From positions 736,001 to 800,000 of the forward strand of contig OY776215.1 of assembly GCA_963675495.1 (NCBI GenBank): a stretch of DNA of 64,000 nt, read 5' to 3'. Below the pieces are notes generated by a model. The model was given only the letters and a program-made list of their open reading frames with translations, was not told where the DNA came from and ran no database searches. Positions 10,465 through 20,791 of the stretch are shown in pieces (within the stretch, counting starts at the first letter, position 1; the number at the start of each line of letters is the position of its first letter). This DNA comes from an uncultured Methanolobus sp. (GTDB lineage Archaea; Halobacteriota; Methanosarcinia; Methanosarcinales; Methanosarcinaceae). The translations under genes and the position numbers were made by a program.

Positions 10465-10704
10465 ATGAGCGTAAAGGAAGATATTCATTCACAGATCGTT
10501 GGCGGACTTGCAGATGCAACATTCCCTATTAACACACCTGAAGATTTACTTGCAGCATTCCCTGCAGGTGCAGACACAAAATGTAAATCAGGAGATGTTG
10601 AAGTAACTGCAGGTGAGGCAGGTACACTTCTTACGGCAGAGGACTTCCCAATCGAAAGTGCAAAGCAGATTGCGGACATCCTCGTTGAAAGGGCAGGGCT
10701 ATAA
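10465..10704 (+). CDS. MTH865 family protein
   Basis: FPINTPEDLLAAFPAGADTKC...EDFP; AAGGAG RBS before ATG 10465. Confidence 0.85.
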   Translation: MSVKEDIHSQIVGGLADATFPINTPEDLLAAFPAGADTKCKSGDVEVTAGEAGTLLTAEDFPIESAKQIADILVERAGL

Positions 10705-10749
10705 CTTCCCTTTCTTTTTCTAAAAACAATCTAATTTTGAAATAGATAG

Positions 10750-10839
10750 AAAGTAATTGCCTTTGAAGACCAGCCTGCAGTTGCCAAGGGCGCAAAAGAA
10801 ATAGTCAGGAAGAGTGCACAGAAACTCGGAAAAGGGTGA
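10750..10839 (+). pseudogene. Relic of the 3' end of an iron-sulfur flavoprotein paralogue
   Basis: Translates KVIAFEDQPAVAKGAKEIVRKSAQKLGKG*, matching SFEEQPEAVAAAKELGQKIAEYLK at the end of 8267..8932; no start codon. Confidence 0.65.
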
Positions 10840-10874
10840 CTTTGTAAGCGAGTTAATGTAATATAAAATATTTT

Positions 10875-11168
10875 ATGGATCAAAATTCACACAATACCGA
10901 ATGGGAAACATGGTTCGAAGCGTTCCAATTATTTTTGTCTGGCGAGACTTTGCGTTCCTGCATTCCAGTGGCACTTATTGTCGGATTACTTTTGTCAATC
11001 ATCAATCAAAGTGATGTCATTGTAAATGGAGCCGAAACCACCTTTACATGGCTAAGGGTCGGAATGAACTTTATTATACCATTTTGTGTTTCAAGCTATG
11101 GATTCCTTAAAGGATGCCGGTCAGAAACCTCAATTGTCGCCGACAGTAATAATTTTGATTTTACCTAA
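10875..11168 (+). CDS. NrtS-like small membrane protein
   Basis: ALIVGLLLSIINQ...NFIIPFCVSSYG pattern. Confidence 0.7.
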   Translation: MDQNSHNTEWETWFEAFQLFLSGETLRSCIPVALIVGLLLSIINQSDVIVNGAETTFTWLRVGMNFIIPFCVSSYGFLKGCRSETSIVADSNNFDFT

Positions 11169-11371
11169 AACCGCTTGAGTCAAAAGGAGAATAGAATGGT
11201 AGAAATAACCAAGGAAACTATTGAAACCTTTTATAAGTCCAGAAGAGTAGGCATGCTTGGTACTACAGATGAACTGGGACAACATAATATCATTTATTTT
11301 GGAAACCCACAACTCAGTAAGGATCAATAAAATCAAAAACTCTGTGAACCTTGTTAAAAAAGTCTCCCAAC

Positions 11372-11434
11372 GGAATACTTCCCAAGGCAGATGACTTCCC
11401 TTTTGAGAGTGGAAAACTGGTAGTAGACATTATG
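11372..11434 (+). pseudogene. Relic of the 3' part of an MTH865 paralogue
   Basis: Translates GILPKADDFPFESGKLVVDIM versus GTLLTAEDFPIESAKQIADIL in 10465..10704. Confidence 0.55.
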
Positions 11435-11686
11435 GAGGATATCTGTGAAAACCGGCCTGCACTGCTCAATTAAATCACCTTTTTAGATCATGTTTTTTGA
11501 AAGCCCAATCTTTGAGTTGGACTCTTGTTTTTTTAGTATGTCAGAATGAATCAAGAGCTTCAGATAGATTACTTAGAACATTAAATCAAACACTCTAATA
11601 GAATACTTTCATTCCGGCTAAAATGATAAAACAATAGCTAGATAATCATATAACATTTGTTAAAAATGTACTTAGAAAAAGATAAG

Positions 11687-11758
11687 TACACCAGCCGGGA
11701 TTCGAACCCGGGTTCGAGCGTTGGCAACGCCCGGTGATAACCGCTACACTACTGGTGT
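11687..11758 (-). tRNA. tRNA-Gly(GCC)
   Basis: ACACCAG/CTGGTGT acceptor stem, GGGCG-TTGCCAA-CGCTC anticodon arm, GGTTCGAATCC T-arm. Confidence 0.95.
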
Positions 11759-11770
11759 GCTTCGCTTAGA

Positions 11771-11844
11771 TGCCCAGACCCGGACTCGAACCGGGGACAA
11801 CTGCCTCTTCAGGGCAGCGCTCTCCCAAACTGAGCTACCTGGGC
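11771..11844 (-). tRNA. tRNA-Phe(GAA)
   Basis: GCCCAGG/TCTGGGC acceptor, CTGCC-CTGAAGA-GGCAG anticodon arm. Confidence 0.95.
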
Positions 11845-11897
11845 ATAATGACCCGAAGCATCTAAATGCTGCTTTTAGATTTAAACTTAACTGTTTG

Positions 11898-11974
11898 TGG
11901 TGGGCCCGCGGAGAGTCGAACTCCGGACCTCCGCCATGTCAAGGCGACGTCATAACCAGCTAGACCACGAGCCC
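11898..11974 (-). tRNA. tRNA-Val(GAC), CCA encoded
   Basis: GGGCTCG/CGGGCCC acceptor, TCGCC-TTGACAT-GGCGG anticodon arm. Confidence 0.95.
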
Positions 11975-12074
11975 ATTGAACAGTTAGCGAATATCTGTAA
12001 ACACCTGCAGCTTAACAACACTTAGTGCCATTATCGCATGCCTTGGCGCTTATCAGCACCCCTCATAATGCATA

Positions 12075-12093
12075 ATAGATAATAAACCTTTTG
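12075..12093 (-). promoter_or_regulatory. BRE/TATA promoter of the tRNA Val-Phe-Gly operon
   Basis: Minus strand CAAAAGGTTTATTATCTA about 100 nt upstream of tRNA-Val. Confidence 0.5.
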
Positions 12094-12458
12094 GGTAAAC
12101 AGACACAACATGGTCATTTCCATATAAAGAACAGAAATCCCAATAATTATCAGAGACTATTAACCCCCTAATTGCAGACTCATCTGTAAAGAAAGGACAA
12201 AATGGATAACTTGCATTTTACTATTATATAATGCCACAAGCCACACATCAAAATACAACACGCATCTGCCCGATGTAGCCTCTACCAACAAGTAATTGGT
12301 TACTGGACTAACGATCCAGAATACTGACGGCAATAAGTTCCATGCGGCAAGTCCTTGTAAGAGTACGCAAAATGACCATTTAAGCTAAGAGAAATAATCT
12401 GAAAGACCTACAGCAATCCATGATTCACAATAAATCATGATATCGGCATACGAACAGG

Positions 12459-12905
12459 TCACTCGTTATAAAAAGTATCAGGCGTAGCACTGGCATCAGA
12501 AATAGTTCGTGTTGAACCATCAGGATAAATAATTGTTAGTAGATCTACAATTCTACCCAATTCATGCGAATCATGCAGGTAGAATTCATCATTTTTTCTG
12601 GATACGTTCGTCGCTAAGATGACAGCTTTGTCCTTACCGATCTCAAGCACTTCCATGTCCTCAAAATCAAAGAAAAGATTATCAATCGCAGGCTCAAGGT
12701 TGTGTGCTCCCAGCAGGAAAATATACGTGCTGGAAAACATATCAAGGCTATAAGAGACAGAAATAACCGTATCAGTACCCTGAAATGCCATGGAAACCTG
12801 ATTGAACTTTATGTACTCCTCACCATTTGAAATTATATTATTGCTGGCTGAGAATGACAAAAAAGAAATGATCAGCGCAAAGACCAGAAAGACAGTCAGC
12901 TTCAT
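12459..12905 (-). CDS. Hypothetical exported protein
   Basis: 148-aa ORF with N-terminal signal/TM segment, divergent from lonB. Confidence 0.7.
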   Translation of the reverse strand: MKLTVFLVFALIISFLSFSASNNIISNGEEYIKFNQVSMAFQGTDTVISVSYSLDMFSSTYIFLLGAHNLEPAIDNLFFDFEDMEVLEIGKDKAVILATNVSRKNDEFYLHDSHELGRIVDLLTIIYPDGSTRTISDASATPDTFYNE

Positions 12906-13082
12906 TTTACCATATCCACGATAAAGAAATGCATAGTTTCTTATATTCTGATGTCACTTTAATCATATTAACTTTACTCACAAGTTAAATATAATAAATT
13001 TGAGTTACATGATTATAAAAACCGTCAAGTATATATTTTGTACGTACAACTGTGAACAAACCACAAACCTTGTGAGAAGACT

Positions 13083-14984
13083 ATGGAAAAAGAGATTAGC
13101 ACTTCTAGCGAAGAGATTGAATTATACGAGGACAATTTCGAAACCACAGACTCCATAGATGTTCCCGAGCTTTTGATAGATCAGATTATCGGACAGGAAC
13201 ATGCTGTGGAGGTAGTGAAAAAAGCGGCAAGCCAGAGGCGCCATGTCATGATGATAGGCAGCCCAGGCACAGGAAAATCCTTACTTGCAAAAGCAATGGC
13301 TGAACTTCTTCCAAAGGAAGAATTACAGGATATAATGGCATATCCTAACCCGGAGGATAATAATAATCCAAAGATACGTTCAGTTCCTGCCGGCAAGGGC
13401 AGGGAAATTGTTATGGCCCATAAACTGGAAGCCCAGAAAAAGGCCCAGTCACGCAATATGCTAATGATGATACTGGTTTTTGGTATCATAATATATTCAT
13501 TTTATGTAGGCCAGCTCTTGTGGGGTATCATAGCTGCAATTATGATATTGCTCCTGACACGTCAGTTCATGCCGAAAGAGGAAATGATGATTCCAAAACT
13601 GATAGTTTCGAACTACCAGAAGGAGCACGCACCTTTCCTTGATGCAACAGGCACCCACGCAGGTGCACTTCTTGGTGATGTCAGGCATGATCCTTTTCAG
13701 TCAGGCGGACTTGAGACCCCGGCACACGACAGAGTAGAGAGCGGCGACATTCATAAATCGCACAAAGGTGTGCTCTTCTTAGATGAGATCAACACCTTGA
13801 GCCTTGAATCTCAACAGAGCATGCTGACAGCACTTCAGGAAAAAGAGTACCCTATCACCGGACAGTCAGAAAGGAGTTCCGGTGCGCTGGTAAAGACAGA
13901 GCCCGTTCCTTGCGACTTCATCATGGTAGCAGCAGGTAACCTTGATGCGATGGAAAAAATGCACCCCGCACTCAGGTCCCGTATAAAGGGTTACGGATAC
14001 GAGCTGTTCATGCGAGAGTCCATGGAAGACACTCCAGAGAATCGTAAGACCCTTGTTAGATTTGTAGCACAGGAAATTTTACGAGATGGCCACCTTCCAC
14101 CATTTGACAAAGAAGCTGTTGATGAGGTTATACGTGAAGCTCAGAGAAGAGCAGGAAGAAAAGGGCATCTCACACTAAAACTTCGTGACCTTGGAGGGCT
14201 TGTAAGAGTTGCAGGAGATATTGCACATTCCGAAGATGCAGCAATTACCACCGCAAAACATGTGCTTGCAGCAAAGAAAATGGCACGGTCCATAGAACAG
14301 CAACTTGCTGATAACTACCTTGAACGCAAGAATGATTACCAGTTATTCAAGAAACTGGGTAGTGCTGTTGGAAGAGTTAACGGTCTTGCGGTGATGGGAG
14401 GCGATTCAGGAATCGTTTTGCCAATAATAGCAGGAGTAGCGCCGTCACTTTCAAACTCAGAAGGCAAAGTAATTGCCACGGGAATGCTAAAGGATATAGC
14501 AAAGGAAGCAGTTCAGAATGTATCAGCTGTAATCAAGAACGTTACAGGGAAGGATATACCGAACCATGACATCCATATCCAGTTCATTGGAACATATGAA
14601 GGCGTGGAAGGAGACAGTGCATCCATATCCATAGCAACTGCTGTCATATCAGCCCTCGAAGATATCCCGATCGATCAATCTGTAGCTATGACAGGTTCGC
14701 TGTCCGTAAGAGGCGATGTACTCCCTATTGGCGGAGCTACCTATAAGATCGAAGCTGCAGCCAGAGCGGGCATCAAAAAAGTCATTATTCCCAAGTCCAA
14801 TGAGGATGATGTACTGATCGAGGAAGCATACAAAGATAAAATAGAGATTGTTCCGGTAACCAATATTATAGAAGTTATCGAACACAGCCTGGTTGGTCCT
14901 GAGAAGAATAGAATAGTTGAGAAGCTCAAGAACCTGAGTAGCCTCAAGGCCAGCACAGAAATGCCAGACATAGTCCCTGTATGA
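13083..14984 (+). CDS. lonB: ATP-dependent protease LonB
   Basis: Walker A GSPGTGKS, membrane insert, Ser-Lys dyad (EGDSAS, TYKIEAA). Confidence 0.96.
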   Translation: MEKEISTSSEEIELYEDNFETTDSIDVPELLIDQIIGQEHAVEVVKKAASQRRHVMMIGSPGTGKSLLAKAMAELLPKEELQDIMAYPNPEDNNNPKIRSVPAGKGREIVMAHKLEAQKKAQSRNMLMMILVFGIIIYSFYVGQLLWGIIAAIMILLLTRQFMPKEEMMIPKLIVSNYQKEHAPFLDATGTHAGALLGDVRHDPFQSGGLETPAHDRVESGDIHKSHKGVLFLDEINTLSLESQQSMLTALQEKEYPITGQSERSSGALVKTEPVPCDFIMVAAGNLDAMEKMHPALRSRIKGYGYELFMRESMEDTPENRKTLVRFVAQEILRDGHLPPFDKEAVDEVIREAQRRAGRKGHLTLKLRDLGGLVRVAGDIAHSEDAAITTAKHVLAAKKMARSIEQQLADNYLERKNDYQLFKKLGSAVGRVNGLAVMGGDSGIVLPIIAGVAPSLSNSEGKVIATGMLKDIAKEAVQNVSAVIKNVTGKDIPNHDIHIQFIGTYEGVEGDSASISIATAVISALEDIPIDQSVAMTGSLSVRGDVLPIGGATYKIEAAARAGIKKVIIPKSNEDDVLIEEAYKDKIEIVPVTNIIEVIEHSLVGPEKNRIVEKLKNLSSLKASTEMPDIVPV

Positions 14985-15042
14985 ACAGGGACCTTTTATT
15001 TATTTAAACTTGTATTTCATTTATACAAGGAGGAGTAAAATT

Positions 15043-16374
15043 ATGCATAGCGTAGACTTTTTTGATACTAGGATCATAGAAGGGACGACCACTTCCATTG
15101 TGCTTGATAATGATAAGATAGAACAGATATCTGTCAATTTTACAAAAGGTGCGGCAGTACGCGCCCTGAAAGGAGGTTCCTGGGGATTCACATCCGCTGA
15201 TGGAGATTTCGATATTGAAAAAGCAATACGCTCAGCGTCCGAACTTGCAATTAGCATGGATGAGAAATCATCTAAAGAAAAAGTTCAGATAAAGGAAATA
15301 GCAAACCCCGTTGTTAGCAACCTCCCTAAAGTAAAAAAGAATCCACTTGACATTTCCCTTGAAGAAAAGGTACAGAACCTGAAGGAATTCGGGAAACATG
15401 CAAAAATGGATGGCATTAGCAGCACCAGTGCAGTGTACAGTGAATCATCCTACAAGGTCATGTACACGGACTCCACAGGAATAGAAGGAGAATATGATGT
15501 TGTGCGCACTGGTTTTGCCATAAGTGCCGTAGCATCAAGGAACGGACTATATCAGGCAGGAAGAGAGAGCCGTTTTGGTGTGACCGGCTATGAGATATTC
15601 GATAAATATAATGCATCTGAACTTGCAGAAGCAGCAGCAAAAAGTGCTTTACAGTTATTGGATGCAAAACCGGCCAAAGGTGGGAATATGCCAGTCATCC
15701 TTGACCCAGAACTTGCAGGTGTTTTTGCCCATGAGGCAGTAGGACATGCATCTGAAGCAGATCTTGTACTTGAAGGAAGTTCTGTTCTGGAAAACCGCAT
15801 CGGCGAGAATATTGCATCCCCACTTATTACAATTATTGATGATCCGACATTACATGAATACGGTTACTTCCCCTTTGACGACGAAGGCTCACAGTCTGAA
15901 AAAACAACTCTCATAGAGAACGGTACACTTAAGTCATACCTGCATTCAAGGGAAACTGCAGCCAAACTCGGAGGAACACCCGGACACTGTCGTGCACAGG
16001 GACATTCGAGACCAATTATCCGTATGAGCAATACCTATATCGATAATGGGAATTCAAAGTTTGAGGAAATGCTTGAGGAAATTGGCAACGGAATGTACCT
16101 CATAGGTTCAAGAGGAGGACAGGTTAACACCGGCGAAGGTGTTTTCCAGTTCAATGCTGAAAAGGGCTATCTTATTGAAGACGGGAAACTCACAACACTT
16201 ATAAGGGATGTTTCACTTTCCGGAAAGATCCTCGAAATACTGAACAATGTGAAAATGGTTGGTAATGACCTGAAAATGAATTCGGGAAGATGTGGAAAAG
16301 GTGGTCAGCTTGTGCCTGTTACCGATGGATCCCCACATCTGATGATATCCAAGGCTATGGTCGGAGGTGCATAA
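15043..16374 (+). CDS. tldD: TldD metalloprotease
   Basis: FAHEAVGHASEAD zinc motif, IRMSNTY, GRCGKGGQLVPV. Confidence 0.93.
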   Translation: MHSVDFFDTRIIEGTTTSIVLDNDKIEQISVNFTKGAAVRALKGGSWGFTSADGDFDIEKAIRSASELAISMDEKSSKEKVQIKEIANPVVSNLPKVKKNPLDISLEEKVQNLKEFGKHAKMDGISSTSAVYSESSYKVMYTDSTGIEGEYDVVRTGFAISAVASRNGLYQAGRESRFGVTGYEIFDKYNASELAEAAAKSALQLLDAKPAKGGNMPVILDPELAGVFAHEAVGHASEADLVLEGSSVLENRIGENIASPLITIIDDPTLHEYGYFPFDDEGSQSEKTTLIENGTLKSYLHSRETAAKLGGTPGHCRAQGHSRPIIRMSNTYIDNGNSKFEEMLEEIGNGMYLIGSRGGQVNTGEGVFQFNAEKGYLIEDGKLTTLIRDVSLSGKILEILNNVKMVGNDLKMNSGRCGKGGQLVPVTDGSPHLMISKAMVGGA

Positions 16375-17686
16375 TATGTACGAACTTGCTGAAAAGGCTC
16401 TCAAGGCAGCAATAAAATATGGTGCAAAAGAAGCTGAAGTATATATTATGGAAAGCCAGAAAACTTCTGTGAACATACAGAAGGATCAGATAGAAGGTGC
16501 AAAAGAAAGTATCACAACTGGAATTGGCATACGCGCAGTTATAGATGGTGCCATCGGATTTTCAAGCACCAACATAATGAGCCTTGTTGATAAAACGGCA
16601 AAGAATGCAGTCAGTTCTGCAAATATACAGGACAGTGACCCGGACTGGAAATCATTACCATCGAATCAGAAGTATCCAACCGTATCTGGAACAATGGACA
16701 AACAACTCCAGAAAATGGAGCTTGATGAATGCATTGGGCACACTATGGAAATGATAGAAGGTGCAAAGAACACACCTGGGATAATAGTTACTTCTGGCAG
16801 CTTTGGTCGCAGTCATGGAAAAAATCTAATACTGAACACAAACGGGGTAGAAGTGTCAGAGGAAGGAACCGGAGTTTCCGGATTCGTCGATGTTATTACA
16901 AATTCAGGAGAAACATCCACAGCCTATGATTTTGCTATATCACGAAAGAATGATATTGATTTTACTTCCATCGGAAAGAATGCTTCAGAACTTGCGAAGA
17001 TGTCACAGGGCACAATATCCATCGAACCTCACAGAACAGAGGTCGTGATCCATCCTTTTGCATTCTCAGACCTTATTGAAAATGCATTTATACCATCTAT
17101 TGATGCGGATAATGTCCAGAAAGGACGTTCAAACCTCATCGGAAAGAAAGGCGATATAATAGCAAATGAGAAACTTTCGATCTATGATGACGGTTTGCTG
17201 GAAGGCGGCATAGAGACTGGGATAGCAGATGATGAAGGAGTTGCATCACAGAAGAACACTGTTCTTGAAAACGGGACATTCATGTCATATCTTTATGACA
17301 CTTACACAGCAGGAAAAGATGACGTGGAAAGTACCGGAAATGCATCCAGAAATTCGTATCTTTCAACACCTTCCGTAGGAACCAGAAATTTTATAATTGA
17401 TTTCCCTAAATGCGATATTATAGCTGATACTGATACTGGTGTTTACGTAAATACAGTAATAGGAGCGCATACGGCAAACGGCATATCCGGGGATTTCTCC
17501 GTGGAAGCAAGGAATGCTTTTACAATTAAAGACGGAAAACTGGACAAGCCCATCAAATCACTAATGATATCAGGCAACATATTTGACATGCTTAAGAACA
17601 TCAATGGTGCTGGCACCGATGTAAGGAAAGTGGGTGGTACTATAACCCCTTCAATAAGGGTTTCGGATATGAGTGTCATTGGCTGA
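16367..17686 (+). CDS. pmbA: TldE/PmbA protein
   Basis: TldD paralogue lacking HExxH; DDEG, TGNASR, SGDFS motifs; overlaps tldD stop. Confidence 0.9.
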   Translation: MHNMYELAEKALKAAIKYGAKEAEVYIMESQKTSVNIQKDQIEGAKESITTGIGIRAVIDGAIGFSSTNIMSLVDKTAKNAVSSANIQDSDPDWKSLPSNQKYPTVSGTMDKQLQKMELDECIGHTMEMIEGAKNTPGIIVTSGSFGRSHGKNLILNTNGVEVSEEGTGVSGFVDVITNSGETSTAYDFAISRKNDIDFTSIGKNASELAKMSQGTISIEPHRTEVVIHPFAFSDLIENAFIPSIDADNVQKGRSNLIGKKGDIIANEKLSIYDDGLLEGGIETGIADDEGVASQKNTVLENGTFMSYLYDTYTAGKDDVESTGNASRNSYLSTPSVGTRNFIIDFPKCDIIADTDTGVYVNTVIGAHTANGISGDFSVEARNAFTIKDGKLDKPIKSLMISGNIFDMLKNINGAGTDVRKVGGTITPSIRVSDMSVIG

Positions 17687-17942
17687 TAATAAAATTTGTA
17701 CGAGGACAATATTGTTCTCATAAATTATTTTCTTTTTTATGTCACATTATACACATTGTATTTTGTAAAAGTGTGCACTCGCCTGAAGATTTTTCTTTTT
17801 TTAAGACCACTGTATCTGATTGAAAGTACACTGTTTCTCAAATGTGCACATCATTTAGAAACAAATATATGCATATAAATTATAAGGGAATCATAATAAA
17901 TTAAAATAATTATACATATCATATTTATCGTAAGGCGAATAA

Positions 17943-19985
17943 ATGGCAACATTGCACGAAAAGACATTAGGCATCATTGGTGCAACACTAATTGGGATGA
18001 TTTTGATCATATACCTTAGCTCATATTTTATAATCATAGATAGCTTTGATAAATTGGAAGAACAAGATGCCATAGAAAATGCCATTTATCTGAAAAACAC
18101 ATTATTATTTGAAAGTCTGGAGCTTGAAAATAAAGCTGCTTATTGGTCAGTGTGGAATGAGACTTACCAATTCGTTCAAGACAATAACAGTGAGTATATT
18201 GGAAACTACCTGATGGACGATACTTTTCTGAATCAGAGACTGGATTTTATGTTCTTCTATAATGATTCCGGGATTATGACCTATAAAAAAGTACTTTCAT
18301 TAAAAGAAAACAATTACCAGACAATAAGAAAGCTTGAAGAGCATCTTGAACAGAAAAGCTATCTTCTGGAACATGAGAATGAAAACATCAGGAAGACAGG
18401 ATACCTGGTCTTTGAAGGCAAGCCGGTAATAATAACTTCTCAGCCAATTATTAAAAGCGATAAAAGTGGTCCCATCTCAGGAACTGTGATCATGGGAACA
18501 GTCCTTGATAATGCTGAGATCAAAAGATTAAATGAAATAATGGATCTGGAACTGTATATCAAAAACATCCAGGATTCAACAGATAATAATAGTGACATAA
18601 ACTCTGTAAAAGGTACGAAGGATGAAAATACAAATATCAGCCTTTTCACTGATAATGGCTACATTTCTTCATATGCACCTTTCAATGACATCTACGGAAA
18701 CGATGCGTTTTCCCTGGAAATAAGGATTCCCCGGGACATACATAACCAAGGGGTCAATACTATGAACTACTCCCTCGCGGTTTTGCTCCTTACCGGCATC
18801 ATTTTTGGTGTTTCCGTAACAACCCTGCTTAAAAGATCACACATATCACGCCTCAAGAAGCTTCAGAATGAAGTGAGAGACATCAGCAATCTGGGAGATT
18901 TCTCTAAAAGAGTATGCCATGAAGGAACTGATGAGATCTCCGACCTTGGAAAATCAATAAACAGGATGCTTGAATCGCTTGAAAGCTCACAGAATTTAAT
19001 TATAAAAAGAGATACTACAATTAATGCTATTTTGCAGGCAATGCCTGACATGATGTTCCAGATCAAAAAAGACGGAACCATTTGCAATTACAAACTCTCC
19101 ACAGATAACTGTATTTACGAATCTCCTGAAACTGAGCTCAATATCAAAATTGATGATGTTTTTCCCGCCCACATTGCAGAAATGGAACTTAAGGTCATAG
19201 AACAAGCCCTTCTTACAAACAAGATTCAGACAATGCAATACGCAATGCCTGTTAAGGGCGATATGCGGGATTTCGAATTAAGAGTGGTAGCCAGTGGTGA
19301 AGACGAGGTTATGGCTGTTGTTAAGGACATAACTGAGATCAAGCAGGCAGAGGAGATGCGCAAAAAAGATCTGCTCTTAAAAGAGATACATCACCGGGTA
19401 AAGAACAACCTACAGATCATATCAAGTCTGCTAAGACTCCAGTCAAGGAAATTCACTGACAAAAATACCATAGAAGCTTTCAGAAAAAGCCAAATACGTG
19501 CCAAGTCAATGGCAATAGCCCACGAAAAATTGTACCAGTCGCATGACATTGAAAATATAGAATTCGAAACCTATGTAGATACCCTAACTAAATACTTGCT
19601 AAGTTCATATGGCTGTGATCCTGCAGATATCAAAATTGATATAAAGATTAAAAACATAACACAGGGAATTGATACAGCTATTCCGCTAGGTCTTATCATA
19701 AATGAGATTATTTCAAATGCCTTGAAACACGCATTTAAAGGTAAAAGGGGGAAAATTCTAATAGAAATGATCCCGGAGCAAAATGGCCTTTACGTGCTCG
19801 TTATCAGGGATGATGGAATCGGATTTCCGGAAGACATAGATTTCATGGAAACGGATTCATTAGGGATGCAACTTGTTGTTTCATTGGTTGAACAGATTGA
19901 AGGAACAATAGAACTCATAAGAGAACACGGTACGGAATTCAGAGTCACATTTAAAGAACTATCCTATAAAAGAAGGGACTACTAA
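17943..19985 (+). CDS. Membrane sensor histidine kinase (CHASE4-HAMP-PAS-HisKA_2-HATPase)
   Basis: [13 protein letters not shown]4 motif, [33 protein letters not shown]. Confidence 0.93.
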   Translation: MATLHEKTLGIIGATLIGMILIIYLSSYFIIIDSFDKLEEQDAIENAIYLKNTLLFESLELENKAAYWSVWNETYQFVQDNNSEYIGNYLMDDTFLNQRLDFMFFYNDSGIMTYKKVLSLKENNYQTIRKLEEHLEQKSYLLEHENENIRKTGYLVFEGKPVIITSQPIIKSDKSGPISGTVIMGTVLDNAEIKRLNEIMDLELYIKNIQDSTDNNSDINSVKGTKDENTNISLFTDNGYISSYAPFNDIYGNDAFSLEIRIPRDIHNQGVNTMNYSLAVLLLTGIIFGVSVTTLLKRSHISRLKKLQNEVRDISNLGDFSKRVCHEGTDEISDLGKSINRMLESLESSQNLIIKRDTTINAILQAMPDMMFQIKKDGTICNYKLSTDNCIYESPETELNIKIDDVFPAHIAEMELKVIEQALLTNKIQTMQYAMPVKGDMRDFELRVVASGEDEVMAVVKDITEIKQAEEMRKKDLLLKEIHHRVKNNLQIISSLLRLQSRKFTDKNTIEAFRKSQIRAKSMAIAHEKLYQSHDIENIEFETYVDTLTKYLLSSYGCDPADIKIDIKIKNITQGIDTAIPLGLIINEIISNALKHAFKGKRGKILIEMIPEQNGLYVLVIRDDGIGFPEDIDFMETDSLGMQLVVSLVEQIEGTIELIREHGTEFRVTFKELSYKRRDY

Positions 19986-20791
19986 TGACTAATGAAAAGA
20001 TAATGATAGTCGAAGATGAGAAAATAGTAGCCCTTGATATCAAATGTAGTTTGGAACATTTTGGATATTCTGTTCCATGTATGGCAGCCAGTGGTGAGGA
20101 TGCCATTGAATTCGTTGACAGATTTAATCCTGACCTGATATTGATGGACATAGTCCTTAAAGGAAAAATAGATGGCATAGATGCTGCAAAGGCCATACGC
20201 AAGAATTCAGACGTACCGGTTATTTATCTCACCGCCTATTCAGACGAGAGAACACTGCAAAGAGCAAAACTCACAGAACCTTTCGGTCACATTTTAAAAC
20301 CCTTTGACGAAAGAGAGCTTCGAACAAATATTGAAATTGCATTGTACAAAAAAGAAAAGGAAAAGGAAAAACTTTTCGATCATGAAAAGTGGATAACTTC
20401 ACTGCACAATAATTTTGGTGATGCGCTTATATCCACTGATAACAATGGAATAATTAAATACATTAACCCACTGGCGCAAGCACTCACTGGATATAAACAA
20501 GAAAAAGCTCTGGGCCAGAAAATAAGTGAAATTTTCAAAGTCGTTTGCGAAAATAATAAGTATGCAGAGGACCCAACAAAAAAAGTCATTCGGGAAGGTG
20601 CTTTCTTTGGTCTTGATGATAACACAGTACTAATATCAAAAGACAACACCCACATACCACTTGACATAATAGGTTCCCCCATTACAAATAAGAGAAACGA
20701 GGTTATCGGTACTGTCATTATTTTTTACGACATAACTGACAGGAAAAAAATAGAAAGATCGTTCCGAAGTTTTGAAGTTGCTTATGTATGA
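19985..20791 (+). CDS. Response regulator receiver + PAS protein
   Basis: [21 protein letters not shown]; C-terminal PAS ([12 protein letters not shown]...DITDRK). Confidence 0.92.
   Translation: MTNEKIMIVEDEKIVALDIKCSLEHFGYSVPCMAASGEDAIEFVDRFNPDLILMDIVLKGKIDGIDAAKAIRKNSDVPVIYLTAYSDERTLQRAKLTEPFGHILKPFDERELRTNIEIALYKKEKEKEKLFDHEKWITSLHNNFGDALISTDNNGIIKYINPLAQALTGYKQEKALGQKISEIFKVVCENNKYAEDPTKKVIREGAFFGLDDNTVLISKDNTHIPLDIIGSPITNKRNEVIGTVIIFYDITDRKKIERSFRSFEVAYV

Noticed and set aside
11721-11963. 80-aa ORF
   Set aside because: Antisense shadow of three tRNA genes
13083-17686. lonB-tldD-tldE as a RiPP maturation cluster
   Set aside because: No precursor, YcaO or radical SAM gene is adjacent; it looks like a housekeeping protease arrangement
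17760-17855. Repeated AAA(G/T)..GTGCAC-like words upstream of the histidine kinase
   Set aside because: Short, irregularly spaced and degenerate; cannot be distinguished from chance
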